The translations under genes were made by a program, and so were the position numbers. Below are positions 1-12,391 of a stretch of 64,000 nucleotides of DNA, piece after piece. Within the stretch, counting starts at the first letter, position 1. Each line of letters begins with the position of its first letter. This stretch comes from Chiloscyllium plagiosum. Taxonomy: Eukaryota. The stretch spans positions 10,650,409-10,714,408 of the forward strand of contig NC_057749.1 in the NCBI RefSeq assembly GCF_004010195.1. Direction: 5' to 3'. A model generated the notes under the pieces. The model did no database searches, was not told where the DNA came from, and saw only the letters and a list, made by a program, of their open reading frames with translations.

Positions 1-890
1 CCCGCCAAGGATACTGGTGCCCCTCAGGTTCAGGTGTAGACCATCCTGTTTATAGAGGTCCCACCGTCCCCAGAAAGAACCCCAGTTATCCAAAAACTGG
101 AACCCCTCCCTCCTGCACCATCCCTGAAGCCACGCATTTAATTGTTCTCTCTCCTATTCCTCGAATCTCTATCACGTGGCACGGGTAACAAACCAGAGAC
201 AACAACTCTGTTTGTTCTAACTCCAAGCTTCCAACCTAGCTCCCTGAAAGCCTGTCTAACATCCTCAGCAATCCTTCTACCTATGTCGTTGGTGCCAATG
301 TGGACCACGACTTCGGGTTGCTCCCCCTCCCCCTCCAGGACCCGGAAAACACGATCAGAGACATCACGTACCCTTGCACCTGGGAGGCAACATATCAAAC
401 GTGAGTCTCTCTCGTTCCCACAAAACCGCCTATCTGTGCCCCGAACTTTCGAGTCCCCAATTACTACTGCTCTGCTCTTCTTCGCCCTTCCCTTCTGAGT
501 AACGGGGACAGGCTCCGTGCCAGAGATCTGAGCCCCGTTACTTACCCCTGGTAAGTCGTACCCCCCCCAAGTATCCAAAATGGTATACTTGTTCTTGTGG
601 GGTACGGCCGCAGGGGGTCCCTGCACTGGCTGCTTCCTCCCAGTCCCCCTCACTGTCACCCATCTATCTGCCATCTTTGGAGTTACTACTTCCCTGTAAC
701 TCTGATCTATGACCCCCTCTGCCTCCCGAATGATCCGACGTTCATCCAACTCCAGCTCCAGTTCCCTAACACGGTCTTGGAGGAGCTGGAGATGGGTGCA
801 CTTCCTGCAAGTGTAATCGGCAGGGACGTCGATGGCATCCCTCACCTCATACATTTTGCAGGAGGAACATTGCACTGCCTTCACTGCCAT
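1..890 (-). pseudogene. CR1 ORF1p (Zn finger/leucine zipper + SGNH/GDSL esterase), frameshifted
   Basis: ORF track 138..944(-). The C-terminal DGLH block is in another frame after the (AG)n run at ~146-153. Confidence 0.8.
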
Positions 891-1130
891 CCCTCTAAAG
901 CTAACTTTTATTTTAAAAAAAACTGGGTCTAAAGGATACAACAAGCAAAATTCAGCACTTACCTACTTACCACAACAGGTGTTATTATTAGGTTAGAGGA
1001 GGAGGGCGGGTGGGAGGCACTACCCGTGTAGTGCCTCGGGTTCCTCTCCTTCGCGCTTTTAAAGGGGGAAAAAACCTACCCAGGTAAGCTTACACTAACT
1101 GCTTCCGGGTCTCGGCTGCCCCTCTGGTCG
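1..1130 (-). mobile_element. CR1-clade LINE 5' end (5'UTR + ORF1), runs off window start
   Basis: ORF1 from ATG at 890: CxxC...CxxC zinc knuckle, leucine-zipper (LLQDRVRELELEL), SGNH esterase blocks GDS / PGA / HIGTND. After a frameshift near 146-153 it continues QLNAWLQGWC...DGLHLN. The 5' boundary is approximate. Confidence 0.85.
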
Positions 1131-1147
1131 TCGTCACTTCCCCCTGG

Positions 1148-1928
1148 TGAAGTTTATTCAAAAAGAACGGGTTCCCAATGAACACAGTCTGCTGATTTCT
1201 CAGCAACAAACCCAAACAATCAGACAAGACACATCCAGAAAACCCCAGCCACTCTCCCCTATATCAAAGACATCTCAGAAATGACTGCCAGACTACTCAG
1301 ACCCCTTGGCATCATGGTAGCCACAAACCCACCAACACACTAAAACAGCAGCTAATGAACTTGAAAGACCCTTTACAGACAACAAGTAAAACTGATGTCA
1401 TTTACAAAATACCTTGCAAGAACTGTAACAAACACTACATTAGACAAACGTACCAAAAACTAGCCACCAGGATGCATGAACATCAACTAGCCACAAAAAG
1501 ACATGACCCACCCTCACTAGTATCCTTACATATAGATAAGGAAGGACATTACTTTGACTGGGACAACACACCCAGCCTAGGACAAGCTAAACAGAGACAT
1601 GCACGAGAATTCATAGAAGCATTGCATTCCAACCAGAACTCTATCAACAACCACATTGAGTTGGATCCCATTTACCACCCCCTGAGAAAAAGTACAGTAA
1701 ATGACAGCACCACAGGAAATGGTGTTACCACAGGAAATGACATCACCAACCCAAGGAAACCTAAATTCATAAATAGAAAGCAGGCCATGCCACCAGTGCT
1801 TCATCCAGAGGCTCACTGAAGATGTTACCTAGTAGGGTGATGAAACGTCTGAAAATGAACCTTCCAGCTCAGCGAGCAAACCTACATGCAGAACCTCAAT
1901 CTGAGCAACAAATCTTCTCAAAACTCAG
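1148..1928 (+). mobile_element. Penelope-like element 3' fragment (GIY-YIG endonuclease + 3' UTR)
   Basis: TLPYIKDISEMTARLLRPLG...VIYKIPCKNCNKHYI...RMHEHQLA...REFIEA; frameshifted; hammerhead core in the tail. Confidence 0.85.
1813..1852 (+). ncRNA. minimal type-I hammerhead ribozyme motif in PLE tail
   Basis: tca-CTGAAGA-T-GTTACC(TAGTAG)GGTGAT-GAAAC-GTC-tga; stem I tca/tga, palindromic ACGT stem III. Confidence 0.7.
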
Positions 1929-2212
1929 ATTAAACAATTTCATAATGAACAAATCCAAGCAAAGCCCAAAAACGGTGACACATCCAGTGAAGAATGGTGG
2001 TGCTCAACTGGACAGCGAAGGGAAGGTGAAGTTTCCCCTAGAGCCATCAGCACATGAACATAGGAGACAAACCAGTGTCCACATGATCCCTTCAGCTACA
2101 AGTGTCCAATAGACATATTCTGCACAATGTATGGACAACCAACACCATTGATTGCACATAGCATTAGGAAATGGCCAAGTATAGCCATATGGAAAAAAGT
2201 AGAATTTTTTAT

Positions 2213-2548
2213 TATTATTCATTCATGGGATGAGGGCGTTGGTGGCCAGGCCAGCAATATATTACCTATCCCTAATTGCCCAGAGGGCAGCTAAGAGTCA
2301 ACCCCATTGCTGTGGGTCTAGAGTCACATGTAGGTCAGACCAGGTAAGGATGGCAGATTCCTTCCCTAAAGGACATTGGTGACCCAGACAGGTTTTTCCC
2401 AACAATCGACTCACAGTCATCATTCGACTCTAACTTCCAGATTTTTACTGAGTTGAAATTCCACAATCTGGCATGGCAAGAATCAAACTCAGGTCCCCAG
2501 AGCATTACCTCTGGATTAATATTCCAATGATAATACCACTAGGCCATT
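2213..2548 (-). mobile_element. SINE family B (tRNA-like head, tail shared with LINE at 27385-29050)
   Basis: Similar to copies at ~40395-40660, ~41975-42740, ~50895-51240; tail motif gcccatccctaattgccc. Confidence 0.7.
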
Positions 2549-2567
2549 GCCTGCACACCCAAAAATA

Positions 2568-3150
2568 TTATTGTCACATGTACTGAAGTACTGGGGTACA
2601 GGAATACAGTGAAAAGTTTACAGTGTTGCCATTTACCATGCCATCTTAGGTACAAAATCTTAGGTAAACAGTAGAAAAATGAAGCAATAAGAAAAAAGTT
2701 CAAACTTACAGTTCTTATCAGCATAAAGTAGTAAATAAGAAACAAGGTTAAAAGTTCCAATTACAATCCTTCTGTAACCATGGGCCTGCAGTTGCTTCAC
2801 AACGGGCTTTCCCCACAACGGCTCAATCTCTCAATCCCTCTGCCTCCGCCAACCAGGCTCACCGGCTGCCTCACCACAGGCCTCAGAGACCCGCTCAAGG
2901 CCCCCAGCAGCTTCCATGATGTCACCGGCCACCAGAGTGTTGTCCGTGCCCACCAACCACCTTACGGGCGACTGGCAAAGTCCCCAATCTTTCCCCAGCC
3001 TTTCCATTGCTGCCTCCAGAAGATAAATGGAGAGAAAAACTTGGAAAAACTGAAAGAAAAGGAAGAGAGAAAAATTAAGAAAAGAAGAAAGAAAAGCACT
3101 CGGTGCACACAAACTCTGGCTCAGGAGCCCTACTATGTCGCCATCTTGGA
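2568..3150 (-). mobile_element. non-autonomous element with Rex1/Babar-like 3' tail
   Basis: On the minus strand starts TCCAAGATGGCGAC and ends catgtgacaataa, like the Rex tail at 58145-58173; relatives at ~4635-5070 and ~38020-38320. Confidence 0.6.
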
Positions 3151-4049
3151 ATTTGAAAGAGAAAGGGGCAGAGAGTCCAAAAGATTTAGTGAAGGAATTC
3201 CAGAGTTCAGGACCCAGGGAACTGACAGCGTGGGTGTCATTGGTGGAATGAACAAAATCATGGATTTGCAAGAGGCCAGAGTCGGGGGAATGCTGGAATC
3301 ACGTAGGCCTAAAGGGGCAGTGAGAGATTACAGAGGGTGAGTCCATCGAAGGATTTGAAAATAAGAGGTTGAATTCTAAATTCAAAATGTTGCCTGATGG
3401 GATGCCATTGTAACCACCACGAGATAGTCTGCAATTTGCTTTTCAGATGCTGCTTATTGCCTGTTTGAAATACTTCGAAGAGCGATGGAGATTCATTGTA
3501 TCATAGAATTTGACACTAAATATCTCAATGTGTCGTTATAGTGAGACCCATGGGAGCAGCAAAACAGGCAGAGTCTGTAACAGTGTACGCAGTCTGAGTG
3601 CTGTTCATATATATTCATCTCAAATTGAATTCTGTGCTGTTATCTGGGGTAAAACTAATAGAGCTTCTATCCAAATGCCATTTTGCAACACCATAATCAG
3701 TTCCTGAGCCACCCGAGATTGACAGAGCGAAATAAAAGGTTTAATCTCTTTAGTCCAATGGTTATGAGGGATAAATATTCAATGGGTTGAAACTGATGAA
3801 CTCAACGACTCAAAAGTCGATATATTCAGCATAAAAGCCACAATGTACTTTCCTAAAACAAAATGCTGACATTTATATAGCACCATTGAGCAACTCAAGA
3901 CTTGTGTTCCACACCAGGGGGAGCACTTCTATCACACCGTCATCATTGTCATGTAGCATACGCAGCAAACAATTTGCAAAGAGCAAGATCCCACAACCAA
4001 AGTGACAATAATCAGTTTATCTGTTTTAGTGTCGAAGTCTGAGATTAAG

Positions 4050-4435
4050 ACAGAACCGTAGAGATAGATGTTTCTAAGATTGTGAATAACATGGATTGGG
4101 TGGAAAATACGCGGCTTTTTCCCTAGGGTGCAGGGGTCAATTACTAGGGGACACAGGTTCAAGGTGCAGGGAGGGAAGTTTAAAAGAGTTGAGTAAGGCA
4201 CGTTTTTCACTCAAAGAGTGGAGACTGCCTGGAACACACTGCCAGAGGAGCTGGTGGAAGCATACACAATGGCAACTTTCATGAAATACACTGGAGGAAT
4301 ACATGAAGAGGAAGGGATTAGAAGGTTACGAATGTTGTCAGTGAAGACAGTTTTAGTATGGAAAGGCAACATGTGTCAGCGCAGGCTTGGAGGGCCGAAG
4401 GGCCTGTTCCTGTACTGTATTGCTCTTTGTTCTAA
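4050..4435 (+). mobile_element. CR1/HER1-type LINE 3' fragment
   Basis: TRGHRFKV...WNTLPEE coding remnant and tail gggccgaagggcctgttcctgt. Confidence 0.75.
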
Positions 4436-6089
4436 CTTCTCAGCTCCTTTTCGAAATAATGAAGAGAGATTTTGGACATCATAACAAGCGAACAGTCAAA
4501 GTCTTGGCTGGTGCCAATCTCTCAGAACTTGGCTGATGCTTTACAGATGGATAGTTGATATATTGGGCCTTGACTTGACACAACCCTCCCAGGGCCATTG
4601 AGTCCTGAGGTGGGAACCTGAGAGCCTCGCACCTAGAATTGAACTGAATTGGTTTTATTGCCACATGTACTCACCTGAAAAGTTTACAAGTCGCCACTTA
4701 CAGTGCCACCTTAGGTACAAGGTATCTAGGTACACATTCTGCAGTACAAGTTCTTAGGAAAAAAATACACAATTAAAAAAATAAAAAGTACAGCATTAGA
4801 GATGGTAGGAATAAGTTACAAAATAGAGAAATAAATAGCTCAGAACAACAGTCCTTCCAACCCAGTCCAACCCAGGCCTCGACTCCAGACAATGCCGGAA
4901 TGTATTTGAGATCCGGAATCACCTTGAGGCTGGCAGTCCTTGCTAAGGCCATGCCAGACTGCAAGACTACCACGGGCCACCAAATGACCATCATCCCGGG
5001 CCAAGAAGACACCACACTAGGCCAAGAGACCACCATCCCAGACTGAGCAGAGGTAGGGATGCTGCCACTGCACCGGACAAAATCTGTTGGGTTTGGTGAA
5101 GTGCCTCATCAAAAAGACAACACCTCTGACAATACAGCACTCCCTCCAGATGGCTTATGTTGCACAAGTCTCTGAAATAGTACTGGAACACTCTGCTTCA
5201 AGATGGAAGAGAACGGCCCACTGTAAAAATACATCACCTGAACCAAGATCCAAAATAAATTTAAGAGTTTTATTATGTTAGGTCAGTCTTGTTAAAGATG
5301 ATGAAAACTCCAGAATTAACCTTTCCTTGTTTCTGCCAATGAGGCATATTATATCTAGTTTGTGAGATTGTTGATAATTATAAACTGGTCATTCACAGAC
5401 TAGACTGTGTTTTCATGCAATAACTCTGCTTGTGAAACATTAACCCAGTGTCATCAAGACAGCGATGTCTTGCAGACTAGGATCTAGGCTGGAATGGCCT
5501 GAGTGCAATTTTATTATTTGTCTGGATTGCTTAAGAGGAGGCAGAATGCCATGGCAACCCTGATTGCTGAATCAAGCAGAGACTGTTCTGACCAGAAATA
5601 AGAAACAGTTGTGAAGCATCGAGGAATTTAATGGGGAGGTATGTGGCACAGTGGTAGTGCCCATACCTCTGAGCAGGAGGACTGGATTGAAGGCTACCTG
5701 CCCCAGAGGTTATCATACCTTCTCAGGACTATTTGATTAGATCAAACAATTGAGCACAGCCATCAGCCAATTAGCAGGCGTGAGCCCTACACGTAGAAAT
5801 AACGAAGCTTCTTATAGATGACAAATCAAAATTTCTTGACAAAACTTTGAGTGCATGTGTGTGGACACAGATATAACTACAATATCCATGTGCATGTGTA
5901 TGGACAAGTTTGTCTTGTTTACAATCTACCGAGAAGCCCCACTAAAAGATAGCTGACTACTTACACAAACTGGAAATTCTGCTTTCTTCCAAGTTCCTGG
6001 GAGAGGTAGACCCTGGCACTGAGAACTCGGAAGCAGAGATGGCAGAAGGGCATGAGGGAGTCAGGAGAAGGGGAATGGAGGGAGGAGAG

Positions 6090-6410
6090 GGGCAGCTTGG
6101 TAGCTCAGTGGTTAGCACTGCTGCCTCACAGTGCCAGGGACTCAGGATCGATTACATCCTAGGGCACTGTCTGCGGGGAGTTTGCACATTCTCCCTGTGT
6201 CTGCATGGGTTTGCTCCAGTTTCCTCCCACAGTCCAAAGATGTGCAGCTTCGGTGGATTGGCCATGCTAAACTGCCCAGAGTAGGTGGATTAGCCATGGG
6301 AAATGCAGGGTTATAGGGTAGGTGGGTGGGCCTGAGTTTGATGCTTTTGGAGGGTTGGTGTGGACTCAATGGGCCAATCGGCCTGATTCTAGGTTGTAGG
6401 GATTCTATGA
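6090..6410 (+). mobile_element. HE1 SINE (V-SINE)
   Basis: tRNA-like head gctcagtggttagcactgctgcctcacag, V-domain ggagtttgcacattctccc, LINE-derived tail. Confidence 0.85.
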
Positions 6411-6704
6411 AAGAGGTTGAACACATGACAGAGACATTCTTTGGGATTGCTCTGGAGGTAGGAGGAGTAGGCTTTGACTGCATTGGTCACAACTTGCTTT
6501 AACATTGGCCACTTAGGTATCTTCTAATCAACCAGCTCAGAAATGTTATTTCGTACCATTACTCAGGAGCAAGTGGGACTTGAACATGGACTCCTGGCCC
6601 AAAAATAGGGACACTACCATCGCAGCACAAGAGCCCCAAACCTTACCGATTTAAAATACCTTTTAGTTGTTGTGGTTCTGTTCGCCGAGCTGGAAGTTTT
6701 TGTT

Positions 6705-6744
6705 GCAAACGTTTCGTCCCCTGGCTAGGCGACATCATCAGTGC
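6705..6744 (-). ncRNA. minimal hammerhead ribozyme motif (intact core)
   Basis: Minus strand: gca-CTGATGA-T-GTCGCCT(AGCC)AGGGGAC-GAAAC-GTT-tgc. Confidence 0.75.
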
Positions 6745-7626
6745 TTGGGAGCCTCCTGCGAAGCGCTTCTTTGATGTTTCCTCTGGTGTTAATAGTGGTC
6801 TAACCTACTGGACTTGTGCCTCACAACACACCAGATATACAAACAAATCAATGGAACACCCATGGGATCACCAATCTCGGGACTCATAGCAGAGGCAGTT
6901 ATGCAAAGGTTAGAACAAACAGTCCTACCACAAATTCAACCCAAACTCTGGGTCAGATATGTCGATGACACGTTTGTAATCATTAAAAACACGGAAATAG
7001 AAAAAACACACCGGACCATCAACGCCACATTTCGTCCCTTGGCTAGGCGACATCATCAGTGCTTGGGAGCCTCCTGCGAAGCGCTTCTTTGGTGCTTCCT
7101 TCGGTGTTTATAGTGGTCTGTCCCTGCCGCTTCCGGTTGTCAGTTTCAGCTGTCCGCTTTAGTGGTTGGTATATTGGGTCCAGGTCGATGTGTTTGTTGA
7201 TGGAGTTTGTGGATGAATGCCATGCCTCTAGGAGTTCCCTGGCTGTTCTCTGTCTGGCTTGCCCTATGATAGTAGTGTTGTCCCAGTCGAATTCATGTTG
7301 CTTGTTGTCTGCGTGTGTGGCTACTAAGGATAGCTGGTCGTGTCGACACGACCAGCTATCCTTAGTAGCCACACAAGCAGACAACAAGCAACATGAATTT
7401 TCCTGGGACAACACTACTATCATAGGGCAAGCCAGACAGAGAACAGCCAGGGAATTCCTAGAGGCATGGCACTCATCCACAAACTCCATCAACAAACACA
7501 TCGACCTGGACCCAATATACCAACCACTACAGCGGACAGCTGAAACTGACAACCGGAAGCGGCAGGGACAGACCACTATAAACACCGGAGGAAACATCAA
7601 AGAAGCGCTTCGCAGGAGGCTCCCAA

Positions 7627-7666
7627 GCACTGATGATGTCGCCTAGCCAGGGGATGAAACGTTTGC
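7627..7666 (+). ncRNA. minimal hammerhead ribozyme motif
   Basis: gca-CTGATGA-T-GTCGCCT(AGCC)AGGGGAT-GAAAC-GTT-tgc. Confidence 0.7.
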
Positions 7667-9036
7667 AACAAAAACTTCCAGCTCGGCGAACAGAATCATA
7701 GCAACGAGCACCCGAGCTACAAATCTTCGCACAAACTTTGAATACCTTTTAGTTCATTCTCTCCACGGGATGTGGGTATAACTGCTCAGACGGGCACTTA
7801 TTGTCCATCTCTAAGAAGCAACTCCATTAATCTGAAGTTATAAGCAGGCCAGACCAAGTAAAGACAGCATATCCGCCCCTCCGTCCCCAATCAGGAATTG
7901 GTGAATCAGATTTTTTTTTTACAATAATTGAAGTTATCATCATCATTACCAAAATTAGCTTTCAATTTGAGATTTATTAATTGAACTTAAATTCCACCAG
8001 CTACCATGGTAGGATTTGAACCTATGCCTTCAAAGTAAGAGCTTGGGCTTTTGGATTATAAATCCAATGACATCGCCAGGACACCACCTTCTCTCCCCAG
8101 CAATAGGGTTATCCTAAAAACAGCCGGGTTCACAGTTTCGAGAAAGTGGTCTCAAGTGGATTGTGCATATGAAAAAGGTGTAGGCCATTTGGCCCCTCAA
8201 ACCTGCTGAACCATGAGATAAGACCATGCTGATCTAATTGGAACCTCAGTGGTTTGCACTGCTGCCTCACAGCGCAAGGGACCCAGATTTGATTCCTCCC
8301 TCTGGAACATTCAATAGTGTCGTTCGGACTAGATCTTGGAACTACAGTGCCTCACTAATGGCACTAATGGGTTTACCTACAGCACATACCCTAGCCACCT
8401 TCCAACAATATTTGCTGCTTTAAATAAAGCACAGTGTTTCTCAGATTAAAAATTCTATGTTGTTCTCGACAAAATAATCCTTGCGCTGTGTTAAATCACC
8501 TGCTGGAATTGTCAAAGCATCCCGCATCAAACAGGGTCCTGTACAGAATCAGCTGCACAAGCATTGAGCTGCTCACTGCAGGCTTATTTACAGCTCCCTC
8601 TCTGATCAGAACCACAGCAGACAATTTAATTACTCCCTGCAATGGGGAATGGTTAAGCTTGGTTCCTAAAGACTGGACACAATTGAGAGCCAGGCTCAGT
8701 GTTTTCAATCCATTGAGGTTTGTCTAAAAGCGCAGCTGCTGAATGCTGATACACACATTTAACTGCACACTCAGGCAGTAAGATTACAGCAAGAGTACAT
8801 CTGAATTAGATTGTATTAATGGGTATAATAAGATTTAGTCAATCTTTATCTCTTTCTGTTACCTCAAGATAAGGATAGAGGCAGCAATTGTGATAGTCAT
8901 GACGCCAATTAGCTCGATGATAAGATGCAGGTCATAGCTAGAGTTTTGTTTGTTGTTTTACAATATAGACACAGAAGATATTGAGGAAGGAAGTTTGTCT
9001 CTGTGAAATCTGTCTCACAGAAATGCCTCAAAGTCC

Positions 9037-9038
<2 letters not shown>

Positions 9039-9092
<54 letters not shown>
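9039..9092. repeat. (CA)n microsatellite
   Basis: Direct reading. Confidence 0.95.
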
Positions 9093-9094
<2 letters not shown>

Positions 9095-9273
9095 GAATCA
9101 CTTGTAAAAACAGTTATCACTGTGTCGTCAGTATGCTGATGATGACATTTCATTGTTCGCAAAGCGCTCTGAGACACCCTGATGTTACAAAAAGTGCTCA
9201 ATCAACATGAGCTGTCCTTTTATCTACACGGGCATGATTGTCATGAGAGGAATGAGTTGTTCGCCTGCTTTCA

Positions 9274-9457
9274 GAAGTCACATGACACCAGATTGTAGTC
9301 CAACAGGCTTTTTTGAAATCACAAGCTTTTGGAGCGCTGCCCCTTCACCAGGTGAAGTCACGAAAGCTTGTGATTTAAATAAACCTGTTGGATTACAACC
9401 TGGTATCGTGTGACTCCTGACTTTGCTCACTCCAGTCTAACACCGGTACCTCCACAT
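9274..9457. mobile_element. short palindromic PLE-type insertion (family P2), degenerate
   Basis: Inverted arms (tagtccaacagg... / ...cctgttggatta); TSD ctgctttca at 9265-9273 and 9458-9466. Confidence 0.75.
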
Positions 9458-11741
9458 CTGCTTTCAACACTGGTGGCAGCGCTGGTTTAGGAAAATACAT
9501 TAACGTTATCCCTCTCAATACTCTGAAAGTCAGTTCCCATCACCATAGGACTTTGGTAAAAGCCAAGGCATGACATCATTTAGCCTTTGGATGGCATCAT
9601 TGCCCACATGTTCTTGATACCTTCAGGCCCAGATTTCAGTGACCTGTCAATCTACCAGAACCACCTTACCACCGCTGCCATCTTCACCCTCACAGTGGGT
9701 TAAATGCTCGGTCTCCTTTCCATTGTTCTGCCAGTGAGGAGTTTTTGGAAAGCAGTTTGCCTGGTCACCCCAACTTAGCGGCCCACTGGTGCACCAAATT
9801 TGTGATGGGACCACTCAAGGAATTGCTGGACTCACCGCATAAACACAGTGGTGTCAAGAGCAGGTCAGAGATTAGGAATACTGCGGCAAATAACTCAGCT
9901 CCAGACACTCCAATGCCCGTCCACTTCCTGTAAGGCTCAACTCAGGAATGTGATGAAATACTCCTCACCCACCTGGTTGAGAGCAGCTCCAACAACACTC
10001 AAGACAACATCCAAGACAAAGCAGCCCACTTCATTAGTACCACATCCACAAAAACATCCACTCCCACCACCATCAATGTTCAGTAGCAGGAATATGTACT
10101 ACTGACAGGATGCAATGCAGAAATTCATCAAAGATCCTTAGACAGCATCTTTGAAACCCACGACCACTAGAAGAGCTAGGCAACAGATACATGGGGCTCT
10201 TCCACCAAGTCAAGGTGGTTTCTCACGGAAGAAAGATTTAAACTGAGGCACAGAGAGATCTTTCTTTGAGCAAGGAACCTTTACCTTTATCTTAAACCAA
10301 GACTAAGGTCCTTGGTTTAATATATTATCTGATAAAGTGACATCCACTCAATGCCCACTGAGCTAGGCTTTATTCATAAGACCCAGAGTGTAAGAGCTAG
10401 GAAGTTACCTTTAGTGTGCATGGTTCAGCCATCTGTGTACAGTTCTGGGCACCTCAATTTAGGAAGCTTTTCTTTATTATTTCCTCAACAGGACATGGAT
10501 ATCGCTGGCTGAGTCAGCAATTGTCAGCCATCCCACACTGTCCTTGAAGAGGCAGTGGTGAGCTGCCTTCTTGAACCACTGTGGTGTGTTGTAAGTACAT
10601 CTATCGGGTCATGAGGGAGGGAATTTTGAATTGCGACCCGGTGACACTGAAGGATTGGCTATATATTTCCAAGTCAGGATGGTGAGTGCCTTGGAAGGAG
10701 CTTGCAGGGGACGGTGTTTCCATGCATCTGCTGCCCTTGGAAGTGGTTATGGGTTCTCAGTGATTTTCTGCAGTGCATCTTGAAGCTGGTACACACTGCT
10801 GCTACTGAGCATCAATGGTGGAGGGAGATGATGCGTGTAGATGTGGTCTGCTTTGTCCTGGATGGTGTCAAGTTTCTTGTGCACCCATCCAAGAAAGTGG
10901 GGCAAGTGTGAAAGCATTAGAGAGAGTGTGCTGAAGAAATTCATAGGCAGAAGGAATTTGAGTGATATGGTTAGATCAGAGACATTGGAACTGTTTTCCT
11001 CAGAGAAGAGGCATTTCAGAGGAGATTTGATAAAAATGTTCAAACTCAGGGCAGAACCAGACAGCATAGATGGTTAAACAAAAATGTTTTCATTGGTTCA
11101 AAGATAGGGCACAGATTTAAAATAATTGGCGGAAGAAGCAATGGAGACTGAAAGTGAAACATTTCCGTGCAGAAAGTGGTTAGGATGTGGAATCCGCTGC
11201 CTGAGAGCGTGGTGGAGGCAGGTTCAATCGAGGTACTCGAGAGGGACTTGGATTATCCTGTGAAAAGAAAGAGTGGGCAGGATTACGGGGAGAAGGTAGA
11301 GGAATGACACCAGATGAACTGCTCATTCGAAGAGCCTGCACACAGGCACGATGGACCAAATGACCACCATCTGTGCTGTAATTACTCTGTGATTCTGTTG
11401 GAGTGGAATTCAGCAAACCCAGAAATTCGAAACATCTATTCGCAAATAGTGCACACCACGGTGCCAGTGTTGGGATCCCAACAGAGACCAACCAGCTAAA
11501 AAGACACAAATGTATCAAATAACACTAACAGGAAATCATTACCTTCACGGAATTAACCTCCCATCCTCTGTCAACAACAACAGTCAACCAAGTCAATATC
11601 CTCACAGGACAAAAGCTGGTAAAATGTAGGCAGAGATTGTAACTGCCCCTCAGTTGGGCACAAGAGGTTCTCCCTTTTGGTAATAGGAAATGGCACAGGA
11701 GCTCATGAGAGACACCATCCCACCCTGTCTCAAGAGGGCAA

Positions 11742-12080
11742 TTGACGAAACTCTAGTCAGAGAGACAATAGCCAACCTCCTGGACAACCAGAGCAGGCAA
11801 CTCAATGGGGAACCTATCAACAAGGACTGCATATTCAAACTACTAGACCTGTGCTTGACGACACACTTCACTTCATATTCAACAGCCAAATATTTGAACA
11901 GATCAATGGAACACCGATGGGCTCATAGCCTAGAACAAACAGCCCTCCCACAAATCTAACCCAAACTCTGGATCAGATACACGGATGACACTTTTGTTAT
12001 CATTAAGAGAACAGAAATTGAGAAGACACACACAGGGTATCAACCCGTGCTTACAGGGATCAGATTTACCCAGAGGAGGA
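11742..12080 (+). mobile_element. Penelope-like RT fragment, decayed
   Basis: LLDLCLTTHF...NGTPMG...WIRYTDDTFVI similar to 6802-7029. Confidence 0.75.
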
Positions 12081-12081
12081 A

Positions 12082-12391
12082 TGGTGGCTCAGTGGTTAGC
12101 ACTTTTGCCTCACAGCGCCATGGACCTGGGTTCGATTCCAGCCTCGGGTGACTGTCTACATGGAGTTTGCACATTCTCCCCGGGTCTGCGTGGGTTTCCT
12201 CCGGGTGCTCTGGTTTCCTCCCACAGTCCAAAGATGTGCAGGTCAGGTGAATTGGCCGTGCTAAATTGCCCATAGTGTTAGGTGTGTTAGTCAGAGGGAA
12301 ATGGGTCTTGGTGGGTTGCTCTTTGGAAGTTCGGTGTGGACTTGTTGGGCCGAAGGCCCTGTTTCCACACTGTAGAGAATCTAATCTAATC
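12082..12391 (+). mobile_element. HE1 SINE
   Basis: Full head/V-domain/tail ending aatctaatctaatc. Confidence 0.9.

Larger units (their letters stand above)
6669..7740. mobile_element. rearranged Penelope-like insertion with ~630-bp spacerless palindrome and 14-bp TSD
   Basis: TSD aataccttttagtt at 6655-6668 and 7741-7754. Inverted tail 6669-6800; RT fragment GTPMGSPISG...WVRYVDD 6802-7029; inverted arms 7030-7344 / 7345-7659. Confidence 0.9.

Noticed and set aside
5964..6017. Possible 54-bp downstream exon with gtaagt donor
   Set aside because: The peptide shows no resemblance to the expected CCDC33 continuation and exon-side donor bases are weak.
7043..7646. Mirror-image 195-aa ORFs on both strands
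   Set aside because: Consequence of the Penelope palindrome; only the half matching the endonuclease C-terminus is meaningful.
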